Notes: generated by a model not told the origin, from the sequence alone. 64,000 nt of DNA from Rickettsiales bacterium (GCA_044355085.1 JBIKYU010000002.1:634-64633), one strand, 5' to 3'. Positions 49,363 to 57,550 are shown, counted from the first letter of the stretch. Translations and numbers: made by a program.

Positions 49363-50283
49363 ATGAAAAAACCTATTTCTGCAAATGACAATTCCACGGC
49401 TGCCGATATTTCTCTTCCTTTTATGTTGGAGAAAAGCGGCATCCGTGGACGCATAGTCCGCCTGCATAATTCTGCTGATAAAATTCTTTCTCAGCATACC
49501 TATCCGTTTCATGTTTCTGCTGCACTTGGCGATCTTTTAACGCTGGCATCTTTAATCGGCAGCACGTTAAAAATCGAAGGAATATTAAGCCTGCAAGCTC
49601 AAGGCGATGGCCCAATAAATTACATGGTTGCCGAATATAGCAACAACGGCAATCTTCGCGCCTACGCTTCTTTGCGCGATATTAATCGTTTAAAAAAATG
49701 GGAAAAAACTCCCGCCCTTCCGCGTTCAATCGAAGAATTATTCGGTAAAGGTTTCTTAGCTATCAGCATTGATGGGCGGATGTACAAGGAACAATATCAA
49801 GGCATAGTCGAGCTCTCAGGCCTCTCGCTTGCAGAAAATATCTGCAAATATTTCAAACAATCAGAGCAGCTGGAAACGGAATTCTTTTTAAGCACGCTAA
49901 AACCAGACACAAAAAAATCTGCAGCAGGAGTTATGATTCAACGCCTGCCGCAACAAAAATCAGAAACAGAAAACTCTCCAGCTGATGAATGGGAAAACGC
50001 TGCAGTTTTATTAGCAAGCCTAACTGATGCCGAGCTTCTTGATCCGCAACTACCTTCAGAAGATATTATTTTCAGGCTTTATCATCAGGAAACCATTCGT
50101 ATTTTTCCTGCCACAATTCTTTCTGCCCGCTGTCGCTGCAACCGCGAAAAAATGCTAAATGTTATAATATCACTTTCACCAAATGACCGAGAATCTCTCT
50201 ATAACGAAGAAAATCTTATCGATGTTGAGTGCCAATTCTGCGGCAAACACGAGAATTTTTATCGCCAAGATTGCGAGAAATAA
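49363..50283 (+). CDS. hslO: Hsp33-family redox-regulated chaperone
   Basis: C-terminal zinc/redox switch CRCNREK...CQFCG. Confidence 0.88.
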   Translation: MKKPISANDNSTAADISLPFMLEKSGIRGRIVRLHNSADKILSQHTYPFHVSAALGDLLTLASLIGSTLKIEGILSLQAQGDGPINYMVAEYSNNGNLRAYASLRDINRLKKWEKTPALPRSIEELFGKGFLAISIDGRMYKEQYQGIVELSGLSLAENICKYFKQSEQLETEFFLSTLKPDTKKSAAGVMIQRLPQQKSETENSPADEWENAAVLLASLTDAELLDPQLPSEDIIFRLYHQETIRIFPATILSARCRCNREKMLNVIISLSPNDRESLYNEENLIDVECQFCGKHENFYRQDCEK

Positions 50284-50287
50284 AATA

Positions 50288-50620
50288 ATGGCTACGGTTT
50301 TTCTGCTTCTTATTTCAAATGTCTTCATGACTTTCGCTTGGTACGGACATTTAAAATTCAAAGAAACTATTCTGTGGAAAGTTATTTTAATCAGCTGGGG
50401 AATTGCTTTTTTTGAATATTGTTTTCAAGTTCCAGCCAATCGCATTGGCCACGGAAATTTTTCCGCCGTTGAATTAAAAACCATTCAGGAAGTAATTTCT
50501 CTTTCTGTTTTTGCCGTTTTTTCTTGGCTGTATTTAAACGAGCCAATGCGCTGGAATCACTTGCTGGGCTTTATTCTTATCGTGGTCGCTTGTTTTCTGA
50601 TTTTCAAACCGAGCACGTAA
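50288..50620 (+). CDS. Small DMT-superfamily membrane protein (DUF486-type)
   Basis: 110 aa with four TM segments and the N-terminus MATVFLLLISNVFMTFAWYGHLKF. The track ORF start at 50183 overlaps hslO and is unlikely. Confidence 0.7.
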   Translation: MATVFLLLISNVFMTFAWYGHLKFKETILWKVILISWGIAFFEYCFQVPANRIGHGNFSAVELKTIQEVISLSVFAVFSWLYLNEPMRWNHLLGFILIVVACFLIFKPST

Positions 50621-50706
50621 AAAGCGCGGAGTTTTTGTTCAGACAAAATGAAACAAGCGTTATAGACGCAAATATTTTGTTATAGTATATCAGCACTGAA
50701 TTATTT

Positions 50707-50828
50707 GTTATGCCGCTCCGTATTTTTAAGCATGAAAAAAATCTGCAAGTTTTTTTAGGGTTTAATACTATAAAAAAAGCAGCAACAATTTCAGGCTAAA
50801 AACATGTAATGGTATTATTTTGTGCCAT
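50707..50828 (+). repeat. MITE-like dispersed repeat, copy B (~122 bp)
   Basis: It aligns with 28521-28665 at the same ends, with about 23 nt fewer in the middle. It ends 17 bp before the zur start codon. Confidence 0.7.
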
Positions 50829-50844
50829 CAATTGTAGGTAATTT

Positions 50845-51333
50845 ATGACCACAACAGCTTCCGCGAAAACTTCTTCTAAACGCTCGGCAAAACAAGCTAT
50901 TTCTTCGGCTACAAAATGGTGCGAGGAAAGCGGAATCCGCTTTACTCCTCTGCGTCAGCGCGTTTTTGAAATCATCCAAAAAAGCAAAAAACCAATCAAA
51001 GCTTATGATGTTTTAAGCGCACTTTCTTCAGAAGATGAGTCGGCGAAACCACCAACTGTTTATCGCTCGCTTGAATTTCTACTCGAGCATCATTTGATTC
51101 ATCGCATCGAAACGCAAAATGCTTTCGTTGCCTGCACTGATCCAAGCCTAAATCATCATTGTTACTTTCTAACTTGTTCTGAATGTAATGCTGTTGAAGA
51201 AATGCGCAGCCAATCTCTGCAACGCAATCTTGCGCAATGCGCTACACACCACGGTTTCAAGACTTCACATTCAATCGTTGAGTGGGTTGGTTCTTGTCGC
51301 TCTTGTCAGAAAAAACAAAAACACTCTGCATAA
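50845..51333 (+). CDS. zur: Fur-family metalloregulator, Zur-like
   Basis: Winged-helix N-domain (KAYDVLSAL...TVYRSLEFLLEHHLIHRIE) with CxxC pairs (CSEC, CRSC). The Zur-versus-Fur assignment is by resemblance only. Confidence 0.75.
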   Translation: MTTTASAKTSSKRSAKQAISSATKWCEESGIRFTPLRQRVFEIIQKSKKPIKAYDVLSALSSEDESAKPPTVYRSLEFLLEHHLIHRIETQNAFVACTDPSLNHHCYFLTCSECNAVEEMRSQSLQRNLAQCATHHGFKTSHSIVEWVGSCRSCQKKQKHSA

Positions 51334-51348
51334 ATTTTATATTTTCTT

Positions 51349-51389
51349 CAGAGAGAATTTTTAAAAAATTTTCTCTCTGGAATTTTTTT
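51349..51389 (+). terminator. Rho-independent terminator after zur
   Basis: CAGAGAGAA (51349-51357) pairs with TTCTCTCTG (51371-51379) and is followed by GGAATTTTTTT. Confidence 0.6.
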
Positions 51390-51399
51390 CTACTACATG

Positions 51400-51428
51400 T
51401 TGACATAAAACATCGTCATAGATACTAT
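51400..51428 (+). promoter_or_regulatory. Sigma-70-like promoter (TTGACA-17-TACTAT)
   Basis: TTGACA at 51400-51405, an exact 17-nt spacer, and TACTAT at 51423-51428. No protein gene follows on this strand. Confidence 0.4.
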
Positions 51429-51434
51429 TCCTTA

Positions 51435-51570
51435 CAGCTCCTGGCACTCCTTCTGCTTTGCACTCCTTACGTATCTCCCTTGCGTTCACTGATCGCCAGG
51501 AGCTTCCTTATAAAATCACTCATTTTCAGCGCTGATATTTTCTCAAGTCCTTCATAAAAAAGGACTTCCG
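51435..51570 (+). ncRNA. Candidate small RNA rich in UCCUU motifs
   Basis: It starts just after the promoter-like element. A perfect 10-bp helix forms between AGCTCCTGGC (51436-51445) and GCCAGGAGCT (51495-51504). It contains UCCUU five times and UCCCUU once, including GCACTCCTT twice, and an 8-bp hairpin AAGTCCTT/AAGGACTT (51545-51567). The ends are unknown and no U-tract terminator is seen. Confidence 0.3.
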
Positions 51571-51735
51571 CCACTTACGCGGGCCTTGCTTTTATAGCAT
51601 GGCAAAGTTGAAACACCCAAAAAAACAAACCGTTACAATATAACATTTCTTGGTTTCTAAAAATCAGGAACAGCAATATTTTTGCGGAAGAGAAATTTCT
51701 CCGTTTTATAAATCCAGTTAAAAATATGGAAATTA

Positions 51736-54700
51736 TTACTGATTTTCTTGCCATATTTTTTTGTTATTTTTATTGGCAATATACGAGCTCAAAAACTTCT
51801 CCATTTGATCAAGGCGGAGAGAGCCTTGCAGATCATTTATATCAAGCGCGTTATCTGCTGTTGCGACAAATTCAAATAAATGTTTGCGCGCTTCGTCAGG
51901 TAAATAATCGATAAAATCGCGGCGCAAGCGCTGAAGTTTATCTTGTTTTTTTAGTAGCGTATAAGCAACCGCCAGACGCACAATCTGCGTGCTTTCCGCT
52001 ACGCTCAAAATCCTGTCTTCCCTATAAATACGGCGGAAAGGCGATTCCAGCGCCTCAACTACTCCCGCCCATTCTTTACGTTGCCAATGCACATCTGCGC
52101 GCAAAAATGCTGATTCCAAACTTAGATCGCCCTGCACCATATCGAGAACTTCTTCCAACCTATCCATAGCAAGCAGCGCTTTTGCTTTTAGTTTGCGCCG
52201 ATAAATGGCTCGCTCGGGCTGATTTTCCAAGCGCGATGAATCTGTTGCACGTAAAACTTCTAAAGCCAATTTAGGTTTGCGATTCATCAAATGAATTTCT
52301 GCAAGTCTTGTGCTGACGCGATCTTTTTCTTCCCCGCTTAAACGAAAGCGCACCTGATGCGTAAGCAGCGCTGCTGCACGATCAAGCAAATCAAGATTAA
52401 CAAGACGCTCTGCTAATTTTTGAATCATCTCATCGCCCTGCTGACCAATCGGTGTTAATTCACGAAATTCGTAATACAGAGTTAGAACATTTAACTGTGA
52501 AACTTCTTTTGGCACTTCGCCACGGTTAAAAATTGCTATGAATAATTCACCCATTTTTCTTGCTGTTGCGAGCGCCTCCTCCGAACCTGGAAAACTAGAA
52601 ATTAATTCCCGCCAAACTTTAAATCCCGCCATAAACTGTTTGTCTTCGATATAGAGCTCACCCAATTGCCGCATCACATTCAGCTCTATCACATCGCCGC
52701 GCCAAGCCATGCGCAAATCATTCAAGCGTTTGATTGTTTCTGTACGCTCGATTCTGTGCTGCTGCGTTAAGTAATTTGCCAATGCAAATTGAGCGCGCGC
52801 GCGGTTTTTGCGATCAAGCGGATCTTTCGCCACTTTTTCCCACTCCGCTATTGCGCCTTCTTCATTCTCATCTTTTGCATTAAAAATACCGCGAAAATAG
52901 GAAACAGAATTTGCAAATTCTGGGCGCTCATCCGTACGAAGCTTTGATAAGATTTTTTCTGCTGCATCCAAATCGTTCTTCCGCAAACGCTCATCTAATG
53001 CCACCAAAGCAAAATCATTAAAAAGATAATCAGGATAAAGATTTAGAAAACCCTCAGCGTAAGAAAGAAAATTTGTATTCAGCTTCACTTGATTAGGCAA
53101 GTCCGCACCAGCCCACCACCATTTCACCCGCTTATTTACATCTTCCGTAGAAACATCTGCCACCTTTTCTTCTTTGTCATTTTTATCATTTTTGCCATCA
53201 GCAGGTGATGGCTGAACATCAAGCAATTCCTGATAATGGCGTGCAACAAAGCTTGCTGTTGCGTCCAAAGTTTCTACTTCTTCTGAATTTGCTAAACTCG
53301 GATCTATTTTCCGAATTAATTTCAGTAACCGCGATGAAGTTTCCAAAATCAGACGCGCAGCTTCACGCTTCTCTGCCGTGTCTTTTTCTTTCTCCTCTTC
53401 CTTGCTTCTAAACGCACTAGCATAGGCAGTTTTTCCCATGAACAAGCGATCAAGCTTCAATGCTGCTGACTGTTGCAACTGCGCTGCATTTTTCCAGAAT
53501 TGAACTTCCGCCTGCTGCACTGGAGATAATTTGCTTACATCAATTCTTTCAAATGTTTTATACGCCTCTTCATAGCGAGCCATTAAATATTGGCTTGCGC
53601 CCTTAATTGCCAACACGTCATAAATTGCAACATTTGTATCAATTTGCTGCTCAATTACGCTAGAAACTGCCAAAGATTCCGCCACCAATTGATTTGCCAA
53701 ATAAAAGCGCGCCAGATCCAAACGCTTGCGATTGCGCGCATCAGTTTTTGCCATCACAACATCGCGCTCCATATCGCGCGATGTCTCTGCAAATTCCTCC
53801 TGATCTTTTATTTTTGCCCAACTACGAAAACGAAATAATCCCTCTTCTTTCTGCTCTTGCGCTGCCGATAAAGCTGCTCCTGATGTCGGCGATTCAGAAT
53901 CCGCCCCATCTCCTCCGACAGCAAGAGATTTGGTTAAACGCTGCACAGGCCCAACAAATTGTATGCCATATTTTTGTAGTTCTACTGACACTCCATCAGA
54001 ATATAACTGCGCCACCACACCTTGCTGCGAAGGAAGAAGTTCGAAATCAACTTGCCTGTAGCGATCTTGTAATCCCATTCCTTCCTGAAAAACTGGCAAA
54101 ATAACTAGTTCATCGCCAATTTCTGGATCTAACACACGCAGCATTTTTCCTGCATTACGCAGAGGCACAAACACACTTCCACCAGAAAGCTTGTTGTAAT
54201 TTATACGCACCTCAAGCTGCTCGAGAAGCTCTGTGCGCAGCGGATAAAATTCAACAATCCAGTCATTTTGACGCTGCAAAACTTTTGGCATTGCAGGCCT
54301 TGAAAGAGAAAATCGTAAAATCGTATGTAAGCGATTTGGTACGCGTTCAACTTTTTTAATCAGGTTTTCATTTTTTTTGCGCAGCTCACGCAAATCGAAA
54401 TCGCCATCCTGGTTGAAAACCACCCAAACTACCATTCCACGCCGAAATACCGCCGCAGGAACAGAGCGCTGCCAATTAAATTCCAAAGTGCCAAGCAGAG
54501 TATCTGGAGCAGTGTTTTTATCTTCCTCGGGAACAGGAACAAAAGCTGGCTTTTGTTCCGATACTAAACTTTCATTCTCACTTTCCACAGGATGTGGCAG
54601 CGTTTTATTTTCTGCTGTTTCTGGTATCTGCTCTGCTGTTTCTTCAAGATTTTGATCTTTTGGTGCCTCGGCTTCCGCCTGCTTTTTTTCTTCATCAGCA

Positions 54701-55395
54701 AGAGCATCTGCATTTTTTCTCTCGCCTTCTTCTGTACGAGAGAGCTCCTCTTCTTTCGGCTGTTCTACAGCGCTTGCTGCTGCATTTGTTTCAGCTTCGT
54801 TTTCTGATTTTTCCTCCGCACTTATTTCCTCTGCTGGTTTTTGCTCAGCAGTAGCGCCTGAATAGCTAGTTCCTGAAAGATCTCCAGCCGCCGCTGCTGC
54901 TTGAGTATTTTCAGCCGCCCCGTCTGTTTTTGCCTGCTCGTCACCAACCATCAAAACTGCGCCCGTTCCGCCATCCACACCTTGTGGATTAAAAACATAC
55001 GGACCATTCTTCATCTCAAAAGATAACGCCGTTCCATCTTTGGAAAAATAAACCGACTCGACCAAATCTCCATATTGCTTCATGATTTCCTTAATCTGAT
55101 CTTCGCCGAGAGTAAAAGGCTGCTCACCCGCAAAAGTTAGGCGATTGCCACGCATGCGCGCTTCTAGCGGCAATGGCGGATCAGAAAAAAGCATGATCTC
55201 CAGCGCCCGCCCGTGCCGCTCGATTGTCGCACGCACAAAAGGAAGAGTAAGTTCCTCGCCATCTTGTCCGCGCGCAACTGGGCCGAGCAGAAAAATCGCG
55301 AAAGAAAATCCCAGCAACGCAAAAAGGAAATTTCTTGAACGCATCGCTATGCGCACAAGAAATTTTCTCTCCTGATTTAAGCGTGTTTTTTTCAT
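51736..55395 (-). CDS. 1219-aa signal-anchored protein with an acidic low-complexity linker and a C-terminal TPR-like helical repeat region; function unknown, flagellar-operon encoded
   Basis: Long intact ORF whose ATG overlaps the stop of the upstream MotB-like gene (ATGA). It has the hydrophobic N-terminal segment MRSRNFLFALLGFSFAIFLLGPVARG, an E/A/K-rich region at about aa 160-300, and a helical repeat-like C-terminal half. Confidence 0.8.
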   Translation of the reverse strand: MKKTRLNQERKFLVRIAMRSRNFLFALLGFSFAIFLLGPVARGQDGEELTLPFVRATIERHGRALEIMLFSDPPLPLEARMRGNRLTFAGEQPFTLGEDQIKEIMKQYGDLVESVYFSKDGTALSFEMKNGPYVFNPQGVDGGTGAVLMVGDEQAKTDGAAENTQAAAAAGDLSGTSYSGATAEQKPAEEISAEEKSENEAETNAAASAVEQPKEEELSRTEEGERKNADALADEEKKQAEAEAPKDQNLEETAEQIPETAENKTLPHPVESENESLVSEQKPAFVPVPEEDKNTAPDTLLGTLEFNWQRSVPAAVFRRGMVVWVVFNQDGDFDLRELRKKNENLIKKVERVPNRLHTILRFSLSRPAMPKVLQRQNDWIVEFYPLRTELLEQLEVRINYNKLSGGSVFVPLRNAGKMLRVLDPEIGDELVILPVFQEGMGLQDRYRQVDFELLPSQQGVVAQLYSDGVSVELQKYGIQFVGPVQRLTKSLAVGGDGADSESPTSGAALSAAQEQKEEGLFRFRSWAKIKDQEEFAETSRDMERDVVMAKTDARNRKRLDLARFYLANQLVAESLAVSSVIEQQIDTNVAIYDVLAIKGASQYLMARYEEAYKTFERIDVSKLSPVQQAEVQFWKNAAQLQQSAALKLDRLFMGKTAYASAFRSKEEEKEKDTAEKREAARLILETSSRLLKLIRKIDPSLANSEEVETLDATASFVARHYQELLDVQPSPADGKNDKNDKEEKVADVSTEDVNKRVKWWWAGADLPNQVKLNTNFLSYAEGFLNLYPDYLFNDFALVALDERLRKNDLDAAEKILSKLRTDERPEFANSVSYFRGIFNAKDENEEGAIAEWEKVAKDPLDRKNRARAQFALANYLTQQHRIERTETIKRLNDLRMAWRGDVIELNVMRQLGELYIEDKQFMAGFKVWRELISSFPGSEEALATARKMGELFIAIFNRGEVPKEVSQLNVLTLYYEFRELTPIGQQGDEMIQKLAERLVNLDLLDRAAALLTHQVRFRLSGEEKDRVSTRLAEIHLMNRKPKLALEVLRATDSSRLENQPERAIYRRKLKAKALLAMDRLEEVLDMVQGDLSLESAFLRADVHWQRKEWAGVVEALESPFRRIYREDRILSVAESTQIVRLAVAYTLLKKQDKLQRLRRDFIDYLPDEARKHLFEFVATADNALDINDLQGSLRLDQMEKFLSSYIANKNNKKIWQENQ

Positions 55396-56138
55396 GAGGT
55401 CCTACGAATTACAATATCGATAGTTGCCGCATTAGTATTTTCCTCACGTTTCTTTTCTCCGAGAGTTTTACCAGGCGCACTTCCATATACACCCAAAGTG
55501 CGCGTTCCATTTCTTTGTTCTAACTCACGCGCCAGAGTCATTGCTCGCGCCAAAGAAAGCTCCCACAGGCTTGGCCATTCTGGCAAAGAATTTTCTGACT
55601 CTGAAATATCTACCGCACCAACAATTTCAATTGGTGTATCCAAGCGATAAAGCATCTGCGCTAATTGCAAAATAATTGGCTGCGCCGCTTCATTTATTTT
55701 TACTACCCCACCAGCAAACACTAGAGAAACTGGCAATGACAGCCGCAATCTATCTCCCTCCAAAGAAACATGCGCATGCTGTTGTAGAAGCGGAACATTA
55801 TTTAAAGCCTGCCGCCAAACTGCATAGGTATATTCTAGATTGACCTCATGCAAAACTGGAACTTTTGCGTCTCCAAGCACCATGGTTTCTGATTTTAAGA
55901 ACGCGCCTTCAGCGCCTCCTTTTGGATTAAATTTCGTCGCTAACGAGCCAGAGATTTCCTTCCATTTTGACTGCTCCATAACTGAAGATGCATACATCAG
56001 CAAAAAAAACGCCAACAATAAAGAGATCATATCAGCGAAAGAAACCATCCAAATATCATTAGATTGCTCTCCATCTTCTGGCTCGCGCGGCTTTTCTAAA
56101 AATTCTAAAATAGGTTTTTGCGGATTTTTATCTGACAT
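55392..56138 (-). CDS. MotB-like membrane protein with degenerate OmpA-like C-terminal domain
   Basis: The TM segment SFADMISLLLAFFLLMYA resembles the MotB plug/channel helix, including the Asp. The C-terminus IEIVGAVD...LSLARAMTLARELEQ resembles a diverged OmpA/MotB peptidoglycan-binding domain. Confidence 0.65.
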   Translation of the reverse strand: MSDKNPQKPILEFLEKPREPEDGEQSNDIWMVSFADMISLLLAFFLLMYASSVMEQSKWKEISGSLATKFNPKGGAEGAFLKSETMVLGDAKVPVLHEVNLEYTYAVWRQALNNVPLLQQHAHVSLEGDRLRLSLPVSLVFAGGVVKINEAAQPIILQLAQMLYRLDTPIEIVGAVDISESENSLPEWPSLWELSLARAMTLARELEQRNGTRTLGVYGSAPGKTLGEKKREENTNAATIDIVIRRTS

Positions 56139-56146
56139 TTTTTTTC

Positions 56147-56830
56147 CTAATCCGCATGTTTCTTTGTGCTGTCGCGCACATTGAAAGTAAAATAAACCAA
56201 CGGCGGCAATGCCTCCATAGGTGAAGAAAATTCACTCCGCAAAACATCTGGAGAAATAACTCCTGATGTAATTTGCGACTCGCTCGCACCAAGATTTATA
56301 AGCTTTCTTGCCACCGCACCTGCATCAAATAACGCCGCCGCTGCAGCAGAAGAAGAAAGATCTCGCGCCTCGCCTTCAAAAAATCCTGGCAGAACCAAAG
56401 CCACATCAACTGCGGCTTCAACTCCTGCTGTTGTGCTTGTTAGCAAGTGTGCCAGCTCGATAAAAAAATTCTCCGCTGATTTTTGTGTCACATGATTATA
56501 AGGATCGATGACCATTTCATATGGAACCACCAGACGCATCACTCTGCCATCGACACTACTCTGCAAAAAAAGCTGCGGCAAATTTCCTTGCGCAGCCGCA
56601 CCAATTTCCGAAAAAAAATCCCTAACCTGCTGCTGAAAAGTTAGTGGCTTTTGTCCTGGTACAACACCAGGATAACCAAGCTTGTTCGAGCTTCCAAACG
56701 CCTGCCTAACGCCACCTACAGCCTGCTGCATCAATTTAGCATCACGCCTAGCTAACGTTGTTAGTAACATAAAAAATACCAACAACAGCAAAAGCAGAGA
56801 GACAAAAGAAACCATCCAGCGTTGCTGCAT
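56147..56830 (-). CDS. Hypothetical single-TM protein with MotB-N-terminus-like helix lacking the channel Asp
   Basis: MQQRWMVSFVSLLLLLLVFFMLL, followed by a periplasmic region of about 190 aa with no motif I recognise. Its ATG immediately follows the motE-like stop. Confidence 0.6.
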   Translation of the reverse strand: MQQRWMVSFVSLLLLLLVFFMLLTTLARRDAKLMQQAVGGVRQAFGSSNKLGYPGVVPGQKPLTFQQQVRDFFSEIGAAAQGNLPQLFLQSSVDGRVMRLVVPYEMVIDPYNHVTQKSAENFFIELAHLLTSTTAGVEAAVDVALVLPGFFEGEARDLSSSAAAAALFDAGAVARKLINLGASESQITSGVISPDVLRSEFSSPMEALPPLVYFTFNVRDSTKKHAD

Positions 56831-57550
56831 TTATTTTTCCTTTTTCTCATTCACATTATCAGGTTTTAGCTGACGTCTATGCGCCAATTCAACGGTAATT
56901 TGTTTGGCGCGCTCAGGATCAACGCTCGATAAAATCGGCGCTAATTTTGCTTCTTTCATTTTATCCACAACCAGCATAAGAACTGGCAATTCCAGCGTTT
57001 CGAAAATTCGCGCCGCGTCTTTTGGCTTCATGTTTTCATAAACTTTTATCAGGCTTTTGATTTTCTGATCTTCTTTTTTGTTATATTCCGCCAATAATAT
57101 TTGTACTTTTTCTTCCAATGATTTTAGTGCCTGCATTTTTTCAGAAATTTTTACCTCGGTTGCGTTGAGAACATTCTCGCGCATTTCAATGGTTTTTTCC
57201 CATTGCGCCAGCTCGTCTCTGCGCACCGCCAATCCCTGCAATAATTCACGCTCCATAGCACTTAAATCTGAAGGCTGCACTGCTTGAACGTTCCCGCTCT
57301 GAGCCGTGCTCGCACCAGACTCATTTGCAGCTGGCGCTTTTTTCGTCTCTGTATTTTCTGGTTTTTTTTCTCCCGCTGGAGCAGCAGCCTCGCCTTGTTG
57401 CGATTCTGGAGCATCTGACTGCGCTTCTGCTTTTGAAAATATCAGCGCGAAAGGAAGTGCCTGCCAAGAAGAATTCTCACGCAATTTTAACGACAAAGTC
57501 ACCACCGCCACCAAGACAAGAAAGCCAAAAAAATGCGAGATTCGTAACAT
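56831..57550 (-). CDS. motE: MotE-family flagellar motility protein (MgtE_N-like C-terminal domain)
   Basis: Signal/TM N-terminus, acidic linker, coiled coil and the C-terminus YENMKPKDAARIFETLELPVLMLVVDKMKEAKLAPILSSVDPERAKQIT, typical of MotE/COG3334. Confidence 0.72.
   Translation of the reverse strand: MLRISHFFGFLVLVAVVTLSLKLRENSSWQALPFALIFSKAEAQSDAPESQQGEAAAPAGEKKPENTETKKAPAANESGASTAQSGNVQAVQPSDLSAMERELLQGLAVRRDELAQWEKTIEMRENVLNATEVKISEKMQALKSLEEKVQILLAEYNKKEDQKIKSLIKVYENMKPKDAARIFETLELPVLMLVVDKMKEAKLAPILSSVDPERAKQITVELAHRRQLKPDNVNEKKEK

Noticed and set aside
50678-50690. TGTTATAGTATAT as a Zur/Fur box.
   Set aside because: Only the left half-site matches the Fur-family palindrome; the right half is poor (about 5 of 9). 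It is mentioned as context for the repeat insertion but not called as a feature.
51427-51570. Reading the UCCUU-rich element on the minus strand as a CsrB/RsmZ-like CsrA sponge (eight GGA, five as AAGGA).
   Set aside because: I did not adopt this as the primary call. The only promoter-like element and the 5' helix fit the plus strand, and no csrA or fliW is visible in the window. It is kept as the alternative hypothesis in the finding.
51715-51738. AAAAATATGGAAATTATTA after the stop of the 1219-aa gene, and ATAATGTAACAATATTAT at 57590-57611, as further copies of the stop-codon-abutting repeat.
   Set aside because: The similarity is limited to a short AT-rich stretch (AAATATG...ATTA) without the GC-containing GCGACGAC core. 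This is indistinguishable from chance in AT-rich spacers.
54377-54854. Plus-strand ORFs (71-92 aa) inside the giant gene.
   Set aside because: They are antisense to the GAA/GCA-rich low-complexity linker of the 1219-aa ORF. Repetitive codon content creates long open frames by chance.
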